A stretch of 64,000 nucleotides of DNA from Spirochaetia bacterium (GTDB lineage: Bacteria > Spirochaetota > Spirochaetia > CAKZLE01): assembly GCA_963677595.1 (NCBI GenBank), contig OY782041.1, positions 2,240,001 to 2,304,000 on the forward strand. Reading direction: 5' to 3'. The position numbers were made by a program, and so were the translations under genes. The notes beneath the pieces were generated by a model, which was given only the letters and a program-made list of their open reading frames with translations, was not told the DNA's origin and did not search any database. Positions within the stretch are counted from its first letter, which is position 1; each line of letters starts with the position of its first letter. Below are positions 31,056 to 41,285 of this stretch, piece by piece.

Positions 31056-31913
31056 ATGAATACCCGAAAAAAACAAAATAACATGTATGCTGATATATGG
31101 CATCGACTACGGAAAAACAAGATGGCTATGGTTGGCTTAGTCATCTTGACTCTGATCATTCTGATGGCGATTTTTGCTCCGCTCATAGCGCCATACGGCT
31201 ATGATGATCAGGATCTTGACAAGCGCCTGCAGTTCCCCTCGAAAGAATATCCTTTCGGAACTGATAATTTCGGACGTGATCAGCTGAGCCGAATAATCTA
31301 TGGAAGCCGGATCTCCATGCAGGTAGGCCTGATATCAGTGAGCATCGGGTTGCTCATCGGAGGATTCCTGGGGGCTATTGCGGCTTACTTCTCACGTACA
31401 GATAATATCATAATGCGGACTATCGATGTATTCATGGCAATCCCCCCGATGCTTCTTGCAATTGCGATTGCGGTGTCGTTGGGAGCAGGTCTGCGTAATC
31501 TTATGGTAGCTGTGGGAATATCCAATGTACCTCTGTTTGCCCGTGTGGTGAGGGCTGCAGTATTGACAGTCAAGGAAAAAGAATTTGTCGAGGCTGCAAG
31601 ATCGATCGGATCAAACAATTTTCGCATCATCACTACGGATATCCTGCCCAATTGCCTTTCCCCAATCATCGTGCAGGCGACTTTGAGCGTAGCAAGTGCA
31701 ATCATCATGGGTTCCTCGCTCTGCTTCCTGGGGTTCGGTGTCCAGGCCCCCATCCCTGATTGGGGCGGTATGCTTTCAGCGGGCAGGGTTTATATCCGTT
31801 CACATTGGTATATGACTGTATTCCCGGGGCTGGCAATCATGCTTGCAGTATACTCGCTGAATGTAGTGGGTGACGGCTTACGAGATGCTCTTGACCCGAG
31901 ACTCAAGAAATAG
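31056..31913 (+). CDS. dppC: Peptide ABC transporter permease (DppC/OppC)
   Basis: FGTDNFGRD, EFVEAARSIG, GDGLRDALDPR. Confidence 0.9.
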   Translation: MNTRKKQNNMYADIWHRLRKNKMAMVGLVILTLIILMAIFAPLIAPYGYDDQDLDKRLQFPSKEYPFGTDNFGRDQLSRIIYGSRISMQVGLISVSIGLLIGGFLGAIAAYFSRTDNIIMRTIDVFMAIPPMLLAIAIAVSLGAGLRNLMVAVGISNVPLFARVVRAAVLTVKEKEFVEAARSIGSNNFRIITTDILPNCLSPIIVQATLSVASAIIMGSSLCFLGFGVQAPIPDWGGMLSAGRVYIRSHWYMTVFPGLAIMLAVYSLNVVGDGLRDALDPRLKK

Positions 31914-31927
31914 GATGGAAAGAATAA

Positions 31928-32893
31928 ATGAGTGAGAATCTACTTGAGGTAAAAGATCTTGAGATTCAGTATAAGACGGATTTCGAGGTAGTTCGGGCAG
32001 TCAATGGTATCAGTTTTACATTGAAGCCGGGGGAAACAATAGGGCTTGTTGGCGAGACCGGTGCGGGGAAGACTACGACTGCATTGGGTATCTTGGGACT
32101 GGTCCCGGATCCCCCTGGAAGGGTAGTAGGAGGAGAGATCCTCCTGAAAGGTGAGAATCTGCTGCATAAAAGTGCTAAGGATATGCAGAAGATCAGAGGG
32201 AAAGAAATCTCAATGATCTTCCAGGATCCAATGACTTCTTTGAATCCATTGCAGACTGTTGGTGATCAGATCATGGAAGTTGTTAGACTACATAATAAAT
32301 GTTCACGGGAAGAAGCTAGTAACCGAGCGAAGGAGATGCTTGAGCTTGTAGGGATTTCTGGTGACCGGTTCCTTGATTTTCCGCACCAGTTCTCCGGCGG
32401 TATGAAACAACGTGCTATGATCGCTATCGCATTGAGCTGTAATCCGGGTCTCTTGATAGCGGATGAACCTACAACCGCCCTAGATGTTACGATTCAAGCC
32501 CAGGTATTGGAACTCCTGAACGATCTTCGGGAAAAATATAATACATCTGTCCTGATGATAACTCACGATCTTGGTGTTGTTGCGGAGGTATGTGACAAAG
32601 TCATGATCATGTATGCCGGGTACATAATGGAGATAGGCACGGTCAAGGATGTTTACACGAATCCATTGCATCCCTATACCATTGGGTTGTTTGGGTCTCT
32701 ACCAGACCTGGAAAACGAGACTGATAGGCTCAAAGCAATTAAAGGCCTTATGCCTGACCCTACTGACCTTCCTTGCGGATGTAAATTCAATCCTCGATGT
32801 ACCTGCGGTCGAGAAGCGTGCAAGACAGAGGAGCGACAGCTCATAGAAGTCACCCCCGGTCATTTCGTGCGTTGCGGGCAGTATCTATCTTAA
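31928..32893 (+). CDS. dppD: Peptide ABC transporter ATP-binding protein (DppD)
   Basis: GETGAGKT, FSGGMKQR, ADEPTTALD, C-terminal Cys domain. Confidence 0.9.
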   Translation: MSENLLEVKDLEIQYKTDFEVVRAVNGISFTLKPGETIGLVGETGAGKTTTALGILGLVPDPPGRVVGGEILLKGENLLHKSAKDMQKIRGKEISMIFQDPMTSLNPLQTVGDQIMEVVRLHNKCSREEASNRAKEMLELVGISGDRFLDFPHQFSGGMKQRAMIAIALSCNPGLLIADEPTTALDVTIQAQVLELLNDLREKYNTSVLMITHDLGVVAEVCDKVMIMYAGYIMEIGTVKDVYTNPLHPYTIGLFGSLPDLENETDRLKAIKGLMPDPTDLPCGCKFNPRCTCGREACKTEERQLIEVTPGHFVRCGQYLS

Positions 32894-32906
32894 GAGGAGA
32901 ATCAGC

Positions 32907-33914
32907 ATGGGTACAATACTATCAGTAAAGGGACTTAAGAAATATTTTGACACGAAGCACGGCCTACTCCATGCAGTTGACGGAGTCACCTTTGATCTTG
33001 AAGAAGGAAAGACTCTCGGTGTTGTGGGTGAGTCAGGCTGTGGTAAATCCACGTTAGGGCGTGCTTTGATCCATCTGCTTACGCCAACTGATGGGCAGAT
33101 CATTTTCAAAGGGAAAGACATCTCTACCGTTTCAAAGAAACAGACCAAAGAATTAAGAAAAGAGATGCCAATGATCTTCCAAGATCCTTTTTCGTCAATC
33201 AATCCTCGTAAGACGGTCAGTTCGACAATCGGAGAGCCTTTGAAGATTTATAAGAAGTGTAGGACGAAGGCAGAATTACAGGAAAAAGTAAAGGAATTGA
33301 TGGATACAGTAGGATTGGCAGAGCGTACGACCTATTCGTATCCTCATGAGCTAGACGGTGGTCGACGTCAGAGGATCGGTATTGCCAGAGCTCTTGCCCT
33401 GGACCCGAAACTGATCGTGTGTGACGAGCCTGTATCAGCGTTGGATGTGTCTATTCAGGCACAGATCCTGAATCTTATGATGGACCTGCAGGAGAAGAAT
33501 GGGATTACGTATATCTTCATCACTCATGACTTGAGTGTGGTAAAGCATATATCTGATGACATTCTTGTGATGTACTTGGGAATGATGGCAGAGAAGAGCC
33601 CGACGAATGACCTGTTCAGGAACCCGTTACATCCATATACCAAGGCTCTTTTATCTGCGATTCCAGTTGCTAAATATCGCGAGAATAAGCATGAGCGTAT
33701 TATCCTGAAAGGAGAGATCACCTCCCCGATCAATCCTGACGAAGGATGCCGTTTTGCCCCTCGCTGTCAGTATGCAAAGGACATCTGTTCCAGCAAGACC
33801 CCTCATATGGAAGAGGTCCTGCCCGGGCACCATGTTTCTTGTCACCTTGTAAGGGAAATCAACCAACTGGATGATGATAATCAAGTTAAACCAATGAAGA
33901 ATGCAGCAATCTAA
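32907..33914 (+). CDS. dppF: Peptide ABC transporter ATP-binding protein (DppF)
   Basis: GESGCGKS, LDGGRRQR, CDEPVSALD. Confidence 0.9.
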   Translation: MGTILSVKGLKKYFDTKHGLLHAVDGVTFDLEEGKTLGVVGESGCGKSTLGRALIHLLTPTDGQIIFKGKDISTVSKKQTKELRKEMPMIFQDPFSSINPRKTVSSTIGEPLKIYKKCRTKAELQEKVKELMDTVGLAERTTYSYPHELDGGRRQRIGIARALALDPKLIVCDEPVSALDVSIQAQILNLMMDLQEKNGITYIFITHDLSVVKHISDDILVMYLGMMAEKSPTNDLFRNPLHPYTKALLSAIPVAKYRENKHERIILKGEITSPINPDEGCRFAPRCQYAKDICSSKTPHMEEVLPGHHVSCHLVREINQLDDDNQVKPMKNAAI

Positions 33915-33943
33915 CAATGTTGTATCTAATGTAGGAGATAGTT

Positions 33944-35077
33944 ATGGAATTTAGGGGTTATTTAAATGCAGATGGCAGTGTTGGCTGCCGAAATCATGTA
34001 GTGGTACTTGCTCCGGTACAGCAGGCCAGTATTGCAGCTGCTAAGGTAGCGAGCCTTGTTGATGTCGTACCGGTTACCATGACTAATACGTATGGTATGG
34101 GTGAAGATCGAGCCCAACTCGAAAGGACGCTATTAAACTTCGCCGAGAATCCAAATATAGCGAGTATCCTCATACTGGATTGGAAACGGGATGTAGGACG
34201 ACGTATGGCTGAGAAAATAACAAATAAGCCTGTAGAGTTCGTTGATTTGCCTGATTTCGGCGGAACAATCGGTGGTGTTGCACGTAGTGTTGAACTCGCT
34301 CAGAAATTAGTAGATAAAGCTTCAATGAGACAGCGTCAATCAGTTCCACTCAGTAAGTTGATTACAGGTACCCATTGTTCCGGTACCGATGCTTCTACAA
34401 GTCTTTGTGCAAATCCTGTCGTGGGGGTCGTGTCTGATAAAGTGATTGCAGATGGCGGGACATCTCTTCAGGGAGAACCCAGCGGGCTGTTCGGAGTATT
34501 ATGTTTAGATAAAACTTCTAACAAAGTCAAGAATAAAGTCAATCAGATCATAGACCGTATGGAGAAAGATGCTCAACGTATTGGGTCATCGATAGAGAAG
34601 GGTAATCCCACAAAGACAAATATTCTTGGTGGTATCACAACTATGATCGAGAAGAGTCTGGGATCTATCAGTAAGGGAGGAACATCTCCTCTCCTGGGGG
34701 CATTGAATTACGGGGAGAAGGTTCCCGGACCAGGCAACTGGATCATGGAGACGCCGGGTTTGGATGGAGCTGCACATCACACAGGACTTCTTGCAGGTGG
34801 TGCTCAGGTGATCCTCTTTACCACCGGGGCAGGGCACCCAATCGGCAGTCCCATTGCTCCTACGATTAAGATAACGGGGAACCCTAAAACCTGGGCTGAT
34901 TTCAGGAGTCATACGGATTTCGAATGCTTCAGTGTCATTGAGGGAAAGGAGTCAAAAGAAGAGGCTGGACAGAGACTGTTTGATTTTATGATCGAAGTCT
35001 TGAATGGGAAACTTACCTGTGCGGAAATACTTGGCCATCGAGAGTTCAGCCTGGCACGAATTGGCAGTACGTTATAA
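33944..35077 (+). CDS. UxaA/GarD-family dehydratase large subunit (SuyB-like)
   Basis: GYLNADGSVGCRNHV, GITTMIEKSLGSISKGG, FTTGAG. Confidence 0.85.
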   Translation: MEFRGYLNADGSVGCRNHVVVLAPVQQASIAAAKVASLVDVVPVTMTNTYGMGEDRAQLERTLLNFAENPNIASILILDWKRDVGRRMAEKITNKPVEFVDLPDFGGTIGGVARSVELAQKLVDKASMRQRQSVPLSKLITGTHCSGTDASTSLCANPVVGVVSDKVIADGGTSLQGEPSGLFGVLCLDKTSNKVKNKVNQIIDRMEKDAQRIGSSIEKGNPTKTNILGGITTMIEKSLGSISKGGTSPLLGALNYGEKVPGPGNWIMETPGLDGAAHHTGLLAGGAQVILFTTGAGHPIGSPIAPTIKITGNPKTWADFRSHTDFECFSVIEGKESKEEAGQRLFDFMIEVLNGKLTCAEILGHREFSLARIGSTL

Positions 35078-35094
35078 TTTTTAGGAGTAAAGAG

Positions 35095-35388
35095 ATGGGA
35101 TCCAAAGAAAAACTAGTGATTTATTTACGGGATGAAGATACTGTTGCGACAGCTATGGAAGAATTGCAGCCGGGTGATGTTGTGGAGATTGGAGACGAGT
35201 CTATAACAATAGAAGATCCGATTCCGTATGGACATAAGTTTGCAACCTCAGAGATGAAGCCAGAGGAATTTGTTATCAAATACGGTGCACCTATCGGGAA
35301 GGTAACAAGCCCAATCAGCCGTGGAAAGCATGTAGATATCCATAATATTGCTGACATTGTACAGGAAGTACGTGCAAAAGTATTTTAG
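35095..35388 (+). CDS. SAF-domain UxaA-family small subunit (SuyA-like)
   Basis: DTVATA, IPYGHKFA, VIKYGAPIG, GKHVDIHN. Confidence 0.85.
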   Translation: MGSKEKLVIYLRDEDTVATAMEELQPGDVVEIGDESITIEDPIPYGHKFATSEMKPEEFVIKYGAPIGKVTSPISRGKHVDIHNIADIVQEVRAKVF

Positions 35389-35451
35389 AGAATCTCTCAA
35401 TACCTGCTGATGAATTTCAATTGAATCTGAATGAAGGGGGAAGTTAGGAAT

Positions 35452-35913
35452 ATGAATCATGAAAAGAGACTGGCAGAACTTGGTATCACGTTACCAGTAC
35501 CACCTGTGCCGAAAGCCAATTATGTACCTGCACGCAAGAGCGGATCACAGGTGTATATTTCCGGGCAGGTTCCTACAGCGCATGGAAAGGACGTGTACGT
35601 CGGGAAGGTAGGGCAGGATCTGACGCTTGAGGAAGCGCAGAAAGCAGCTGAACTATGTGGAATTAATATCATCGCTCAATTACGCAGTTTCCTTGGCGGG
35701 AGCCTTGATTCTGTGAAAGGGTGTATACGTCTTGGAGGGTTCGTGAACGCCGCCCCTGGTTTCTTTGATCTGCCGAAGGTGATCAACGGTGCTTCTGATC
35801 TTATGGGGGCTGTATTTGGCGAGGGTGGACAGCATGCACGAGTTGCTGTCGGTGCTTTTGCCTTGCCCAGGAATGTGCCTGTAGAGATTGAAGCTATTTT
35901 TGAAATAGAATAA
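35452..35913 (+). CDS. RidA/YjgF/YER057c/UK114 family protein
   Basis: LAELGITLP, ANYVP, ISGQ, NGASDL, HARVAVG, PVEIE. Confidence 0.9.
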   Translation: MNHEKRLAELGITLPVPPVPKANYVPARKSGSQVYISGQVPTAHGKDVYVGKVGQDLTLEEAQKAAELCGINIIAQLRSFLGGSLDSVKGCIRLGGFVNAAPGFFDLPKVINGASDLMGAVFGEGGQHARVAVGAFALPRNVPVEIEAIFEIE

Positions 35914-36090
35914 CACGCAATAAATAATCTGGGGAATATTCTCCGTACTTGGTAGAGAGTAGAATATATTACGTCGGAGAATTTACCCGGAGTACTGATA
36001 CAAAGCAAGTTACGTTTTTTATACTAAGCTAAATGAGTAGTTCTGATAATTCGGGATCGAATTTTGGTTTGTTGTTGACGAGGAGAATGT

Positions 36091-36882
36091 ATGGGTTTGG
36101 GTGAGAAAGGACTCTCTGTGAGTGTTATCCAGCTGGGACCAGAATTTGGATGTAAGCAGAAAAATCTTGAAAAATCATCTCACTTGATCCGAAGCGCGGC
36201 TGCTGAAGGTGCAAAATTGATGGTGTTGCCAGAATTATGCAGCACTGGTTATGTATTCCAGAATAAGACTGAGTTGTATGATCTTGCTGAACCTGTACCC
36301 AATGGTCCATCGGTACTATTTTGGGAGAATCTATCATCTGAATTGGATTGTTACATAATTGCCGGAATCGCCGAATTGGATGCTGATGGTATTCGAGTAT
36401 TCAACAGTGTTGTGCTAATTGGCCCAAACGGTTACATCGGGCGGTATAGGAAACTGCATCTATGGGGGGAAGAGAAGCTTTATTTTGAGCCGGGAAATGA
36501 AGGACTGCCTGTATTTTATACTCCCTATTGCAGAATTGGCATGCTGATCTGTTATGATATGTGGTTCCCGGAAGCGTTCCGACTTCTTGCACTTCAGGGT
36601 GTGGACGTTATTTGCTGCTCCTCCAATTGGATTGATCATAGTCCTGCTGAGCCAAGCACTATGGGAGTTGTCCATGCAATGGCAGGCGCAAGTTCCAACA
36701 AAGTATTTGTTGCCGTTTCAAATCGTGTCGGGGCAGAGCGTGGCGCTTTGTTTGCCGGTAATTCCCTAGTGACAGGAACTAATGGAAGGATGTTGGCTGG
36801 CCCAATGAACAATTCCGTAGAAGGCTTTATCACCCAGGAACTTGATATAAAACAATCCCGTGAAATCAAACCTGGTATGTAA
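36091..36882 (+). pseudogene. Carbon-nitrogen hydrolase (nitrilase/amidase family), 3' end cut off by IS66 insertion
   Basis: Triad motifs LPE, YRKLHL, ICYD; stop TAA is supplied by the IS end; native tail resumes at 41321. Confidence 0.85.
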
Positions 36883-37026
36883 CTACTCAGGTCCTCGGCT
36901 CTAATAGGTCTGAGCAGGCCTGATTCAGCTACCCCAAAGTTGCAATATTTCTTGTATATATAACGAATTACTGTTGTAATTAAACGCCCAAAATGCCTAT
37001 GACCACAAATAACAGTTGGATTCAGG

Positions 37027-38748
37027 TCAAGCAGACTTTCGAAAGAGCTTGAGGAGCCGTTTTGGCAACCCAGGGTCCTTCACCAATTTCTTGATCTTGG
37101 GATGCACGGTCTGAACCGATTCAGATTCAACCGCCAGCATCTTCCTGATCTTTGCTACATCAATCTGTGCGAACCGCTCTTCCAAACTGGACGCTCCACC
37201 ACATATCAGGTTCAGGTAATCCTGACTGCCAAGATTCCGAACCAATGGTGTTGCTGAGAGCATTGCGGACAGTGTTTTCGTCATGCCGGCATGCCCGCTT
37301 GTTCGGCAATACCCATGCTTTAAGCCTCTAAAAAATTGTTCACAGGAATTATTCGTACGCTGGGGGTAGATCATATAAGTCTCTCCCTGTCGAGTGATGG
37401 GTATCGGAGCCGTGAAGAGCTTCTCCCAATACTTCTCTAACTGCAGCCTCATCTTCAACAACCTGTTCCCCTGCAGACTGTCATCCTTGCACAGTTGCAC
37501 CAGAAACTGTTCCACCTGCTCTTTGATGGTATCGATCTCCCCACTTCCGGGATCATTCAATCCCAACTTGCCGCCGGGTTCCGCAATCCTCATAGCACAT
37601 CGGAGTCGGTCAAAGACCACTACCTTCTTCTGTAGGGATTCATACGCAGTACTAATCTCCCCATCGTACCATACCGGTCTCAATACCGCCAGCACGTCTC
37701 CAGCAAATGAGGACCGTGTATCCAGCTTCATCAGGCGCAGGGTCCTTCTCAGCTCATACAGCCGATTCAGGAAGGATAGGTAGGCCTGGTCAAAGGGGAA
37801 CCCGTACCCATCTCCTACGTTCTTACCGGCGAGTGCCCATTCGATGAGGGTGTACAGGTATGTTTCCTCGGAGTAGGGACTGCCTCCTTTCGGTACCGAT
37901 CTCACATCTGTACTGAAGGCTTCCATGTCCACCAAAGCTCCTGCCTGCGTGGTACGAATCTTTCTCAAGATCGCTCTCAGCTTTGTCTGAATGCCATGAC
38001 AGCGGAATCTACGCCGCAGCCGGTCATGCTCACTCGACAACAGGTCTTTTCCGATGTCCCGGAGGAAGTGAAAATGACAGATATAATCAGGGACATCGGG
38101 AAAAACCTGTGCCACCGCACTGAGTATGCCTGCTCCCATGTCATGTACCAGGGCTGCCGGTTCTCCATAGGCTCGCTTCAACCCATTCAGGAAGGGGATG
38201 ATAGCATCACGCTTTTCGGAGGGGATCTTTACCGAGTTCAGGACGATTGATGAGATCTCATCAAGCCCTACGAACAGATGGGGGCTCTCCCCATCACACG
38301 TCCCGTCAAGATGAAGGATGTATCCTCCTTGATCTTCCAGATGCAGTCGCAGCACCTCACTGCTCTCCCGGTGTGCTACAGCAAGATACCCGATGTATTT
38401 CTTTGTGAGCAGCGCGATCTCACTGGTACTGATGCGGATCCCTCGTGCTTCCAGATGCTCCTGTATCTCTGCCTGACTCCGGCATGCCCGAAAGACGGCT
38501 TCACCGATATAGGTGATCACATCATAGGCAAAGCGGTGCCGTGGCGGGACAAGGGTGCCCAGTTCCGCTGATCCACTGGTATGTCCGCAGTTCGGACAAA
38601 TCAGGATCGTCTCACAAGCCGAGATCGGTCCGATAGCATACAGGACGACGGTTCGCTTTCGTGTCTTCTGCACCTGCATCGTATGCTGACAGCAGGGACA
38701 GGCAGCATCATCCTGCCGGAAGACTACCACCGGAGGTTCTCTGAACAC
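37027..38748 (-). CDS. DDE transposase (OrfB of nested IS; frame open upstream to 38874)
   Basis: Zn finger CPCC...CPNC, HLDGT, VHDMG, CHFH, RTNNSCE. Confidence 0.85.
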   Translation of the reverse strand: MFREPPVVVFRQDDAACPCCQHTMQVQKTRKRTVVLYAIGPISACETILICPNCGHTSGSAELGTLVPPRHRFAYDVITYIGEAVFRACRSQAEIQEHLEARGIRISTSEIALLTKKYIGYLAVAHRESSEVLRLHLEDQGGYILHLDGTCDGESPHLFVGLDEISSIVLNSVKIPSEKRDAIIPFLNGLKRAYGEPAALVHDMGAGILSAVAQVFPDVPDYICHFHFLRDIGKDLLSSEHDRLRRRFRCHGIQTKLRAILRKIRTTQAGALVDMEAFSTDVRSVPKGGSPYSEETYLYTLIEWALAGKNVGDGYGFPFDQAYLSFLNRLYELRRTLRLMKLDTRSSFAGDVLAVLRPVWYDGEISTAYESLQKKVVVFDRLRCAMRIAEPGGKLGLNDPGSGEIDTIKEQVEQFLVQLCKDDSLQGNRLLKMRLQLEKYWEKLFTAPIPITRQGETYMIYPQRTNNSCEQFFRGLKHGYCRTSGHAGMTKTLSAMLSATPLVRNLGSQDYLNLICGGASSLEERFAQIDVAKIRKMLAVESESVQTVHPKIKKLVKDPGLPKRLLKLFRKSA

Positions 38749-38801
38749 CTGTCGATTCTCAAGCGCATGCTGAACACGCTTCCGGTGATAGATAAACGCC
38801 T

Positions 38802-39464
38802 TTAGGAATCCAGCTGATCCGTTTTTTTTTCCAACAGCCCATGGAACTGCAGTAAGGCCGTGATCTTCCCGGTATCAACCGAGATGCCCTGCCGCTGCAG
38901 ACGGTTCACCCGGTTCTCTAATGCGGTCTCCGGATGCTTGATGAAGTCTGCGAACACCAGGACCGCATCATGATCAGAGATCTTCTGCAATGATGCCTGC
39001 GCTGCTGATGCTTCCCGATTCTCCTGCTGCCTTGCACCGATCTGCTCATCATCACTCAGATACACATACCGGCCGTCAAGTTTCTTTCTTTTCAGCTCGG
39101 GAAGCGCTTTATAATGACTCATGAACGATCGCGGCTCCAAGCCAAGCAGCGTCCCAAGCTCTGCAGAGCTCAACCCTTGCGGAGCATCATTGACCAGGTG
39201 AACGACCGTCTCTTTCAACGTGCCAAACCGGGAAAACCGTATCCCCTTATACTCCCAGAGTCCGTGTTCATCGAACGTCGGGACATCCGGCAGGACATAA
39301 TAGCGCCCGTTGTTATTGTAACTTGTCACGGCACCCCACTGCTTCAGGTACTTCCGGACTGCCGGAACCGAACACTGCAGCAAGGATCTCAACTGTTCGA
39401 TGGTCATCGTCTTCCGTCTGCGAAATGTCTGCATGACCTCATGTTTCAATTCCTGCGGGATCAT
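38802..39464 (-). CDS. OrfA of nested IS, putative HTH DNA-binding protein
   Basis: RBS CAGGAGG before ATG 39464; helical HTH-like segments; ends with an A9 run overlapping the OrfB frame. Confidence 0.75.
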   Translation of the reverse strand: MIPQELKHEVMQTFRRRKTMTIEQLRSLLQCSVPAVRKYLKQWGAVTSYNNNGRYYVLPDVPTFDEHGLWEYKGIRFSRFGTLKETVVHLVNDAPQGLSSAELGTLLGLEPRSFMSHYKALPELKRKKLDGRYVYLSDDEQIGARQQENREASAAQASLQKISDHDAVLVFADFIKHPETALENRVNRLQRQGISVDTGKITALLQFHGLLEKKTDQLDS

Positions 39465-39734
39465 ACCAGCCTCCTGTATTAAGTATATGTTTATAGAATA
39501 CATTATAGCATATACTTAATACTTTAACCAACCGTTTCTACGGCGTAGTTTCATACTACCCTGCATTTACGGTGCTGTGAAGGAGGTTTTCTTCGATGTC
39601 ATGATTTCATATACTTGATATTTCTGTCTCGCTAAGTCGGTATGTTCTTTTCGCTTCGGTAGTTGCTCTGTTCCAACTGTTATTTGTGGTCATAGCAAAA
39701 TGCTATACTAATTCCTATAAGAGAAAGGAATTAT

Positions 39735-41285
39735 ATGGCATCGAAAGGCTCCAGGAAACAGACTCAAGACACGAAGCAGGTTCCTCAACAAGGGGGTCCT
39801 TCTACGTCTTTGGAGCAGTTGGTTTCCAAGCTTTCAGATCAGATTACTGATCAGGGATCTCTTATCAAGGAACTCACTGCTACAATCAAAGACCTCAAGC
39901 AGATCATTGTTTCCAAAGATGAACGGCTCGCTCAACAGGATGCTGAGATTGCCGCGTTGAAAGAGAAACTGAACAAGAACAGCGGCAACAGTAACAAGCC
40001 GCCAAGTTCTGACTTTTTCACCAAGCCCAAGCCTTCATCGATCAATCGGGGGAAGAAACGGAAGAAGTCTTCTGGTGGTCAGCAGGGGCATACTGGATCT
40101 ACCATGAAGCTCAAGGAAACGCCTGATGTCATCCATCAGTGTCTTCCTGTTGCCTGTAGCGGCTGTGAATACTCTCATACCTGCGAAAGCTCCGTAGTGG
40201 AATCACGCCAGGTGGTGGACATCGTCATCAGGAGCGAACAGAGCCGGTACGATCGGGTTCAACGAAACTGCCCGAAAAGCGGGACCACCCTGACCGGAGC
40301 ATTCCCGGAGGGCGTGCATGCTCCCCAGCAATATGGGAGTAACCTGAAGGCGATGGTAGTCTCCCTCTCCTCATTCGGGATGGTCAGTGCATCACGTATC
40401 AGCGAGATCGTGCATGGACTCACCGGACTGCACATCAGTGATGGGACGGTATGCAACATCATCGCTGACTGTGCCAAACGCTGCACTGAATTACTCCCGG
40501 AATTGCGGGAGCGGGTGAGACGCTCTGCGGTTGCGCATTTCGATGAAACAGGGATTAGGTTCAATTCCAAGATGTATTGGGCGCATACCGCATCCACTGA
40601 GCTGATCACCCTGATACATGCACACCCAAAACGAGGTGTTGAAGGGGTCCTGGCTGGAGGAGTGCTCGAGGAGTTTCCCGGCGTGGCCGTCCATGACTGC
40701 TGGGGATCCTATCTCAAGAAGACGTTTGACGGGGTCACCCATGCTCTATGTGGAGCGCATATTGATCGGGAACTTGAAGGTATCATCCAGAACACGCGAC
40801 AACGCTGGGCGAAATCGTTCAAACGGTTACTTCGTGACATGTATGAGGAGAAGCAACGATTATTGGCTCAAGGTTGTGATCGTGCATCACCTGAGGTGAT
40901 TGCTTCATTCATCAAGAGGTATGAGGAGATTCTTGCAAGAGGATTCTCACGGAACCCCTACCCGAAAGCGAAAAAGAATAAACGGGGAAGACCGAAGAAA
41001 GGGAAGGTCCTGAGTTTTTTGGAACGACTGGGGGCCCTAGTAGACAGTGTCTTGAGATTCTTCACCGACTTCCGAGTGCCGTTCTCCAACAACATCGGTG
41101 AGCGCAGCTTCAGGTTAAGCAAATTGAAGATGAAAGTAGCAGGGACCTTCCGGTCTGAATCTGGTGGCTCTAATTTCTGTACGATCTTCTCGATCATTGA
41201 TACGGTCAGGAAGAATGGCGGAAACCCTTATGAAGCCCTCTCTGCGATATTCACCAACTCATTCTCTCTGTCATTTCTCGACTAA
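39735..41285 (+). CDS. tnpC: IS66 family transposase TnpC
   Basis: Coiled coil, NSNKPPSSD, GGQQGHTG, Zn finger, HFDETG, VHDCW, CGAHIDREL, NNIGERSFR. Confidence 0.93.
   Translation: MASKGSRKQTQDTKQVPQQGGPSTSLEQLVSKLSDQITDQGSLIKELTATIKDLKQIIVSKDERLAQQDAEIAALKEKLNKNSGNSNKPPSSDFFTKPKPSSINRGKKRKKSSGGQQGHTGSTMKLKETPDVIHQCLPVACSGCEYSHTCESSVVESRQVVDIVIRSEQSRYDRVQRNCPKSGTTLTGAFPEGVHAPQQYGSNLKAMVVSLSSFGMVSASRISEIVHGLTGLHISDGTVCNIIADCAKRCTELLPELRERVRRSAVAHFDETGIRFNSKMYWAHTASTELITLIHAHPKRGVEGVLAGGVLEEFPGVAVHDCWGSYLKKTFDGVTHALCGAHIDRELEGIIQNTRQRWAKSFKRLLRDMYEEKQRLLAQGCDRASPEVIASFIKRYEEILARGFSRNPYPKAKKNKRGRPKKGKVLSFLERLGALVDSVLRFFTDFRVPFSNNIGERSFRLSKLKMKVAGTFRSESGGSNFCTIFSIIDTVRKNGGNPYEALSAIFTNSFSLSFLD

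Larger units (their letters stand above)
36997..39695 (-). mobile_element. Nested 2,699-bp insertion sequence with Mutator-like DDE transposase (family not assigned)
   Basis: Perfect 24-bp IRs CTATGACCACAAATAACAGTTGGA (36997-37020; 39672-39695) and 8-bp TSD CAAAATGC (36989-36996; 39696-39703). Confidence 0.92.
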
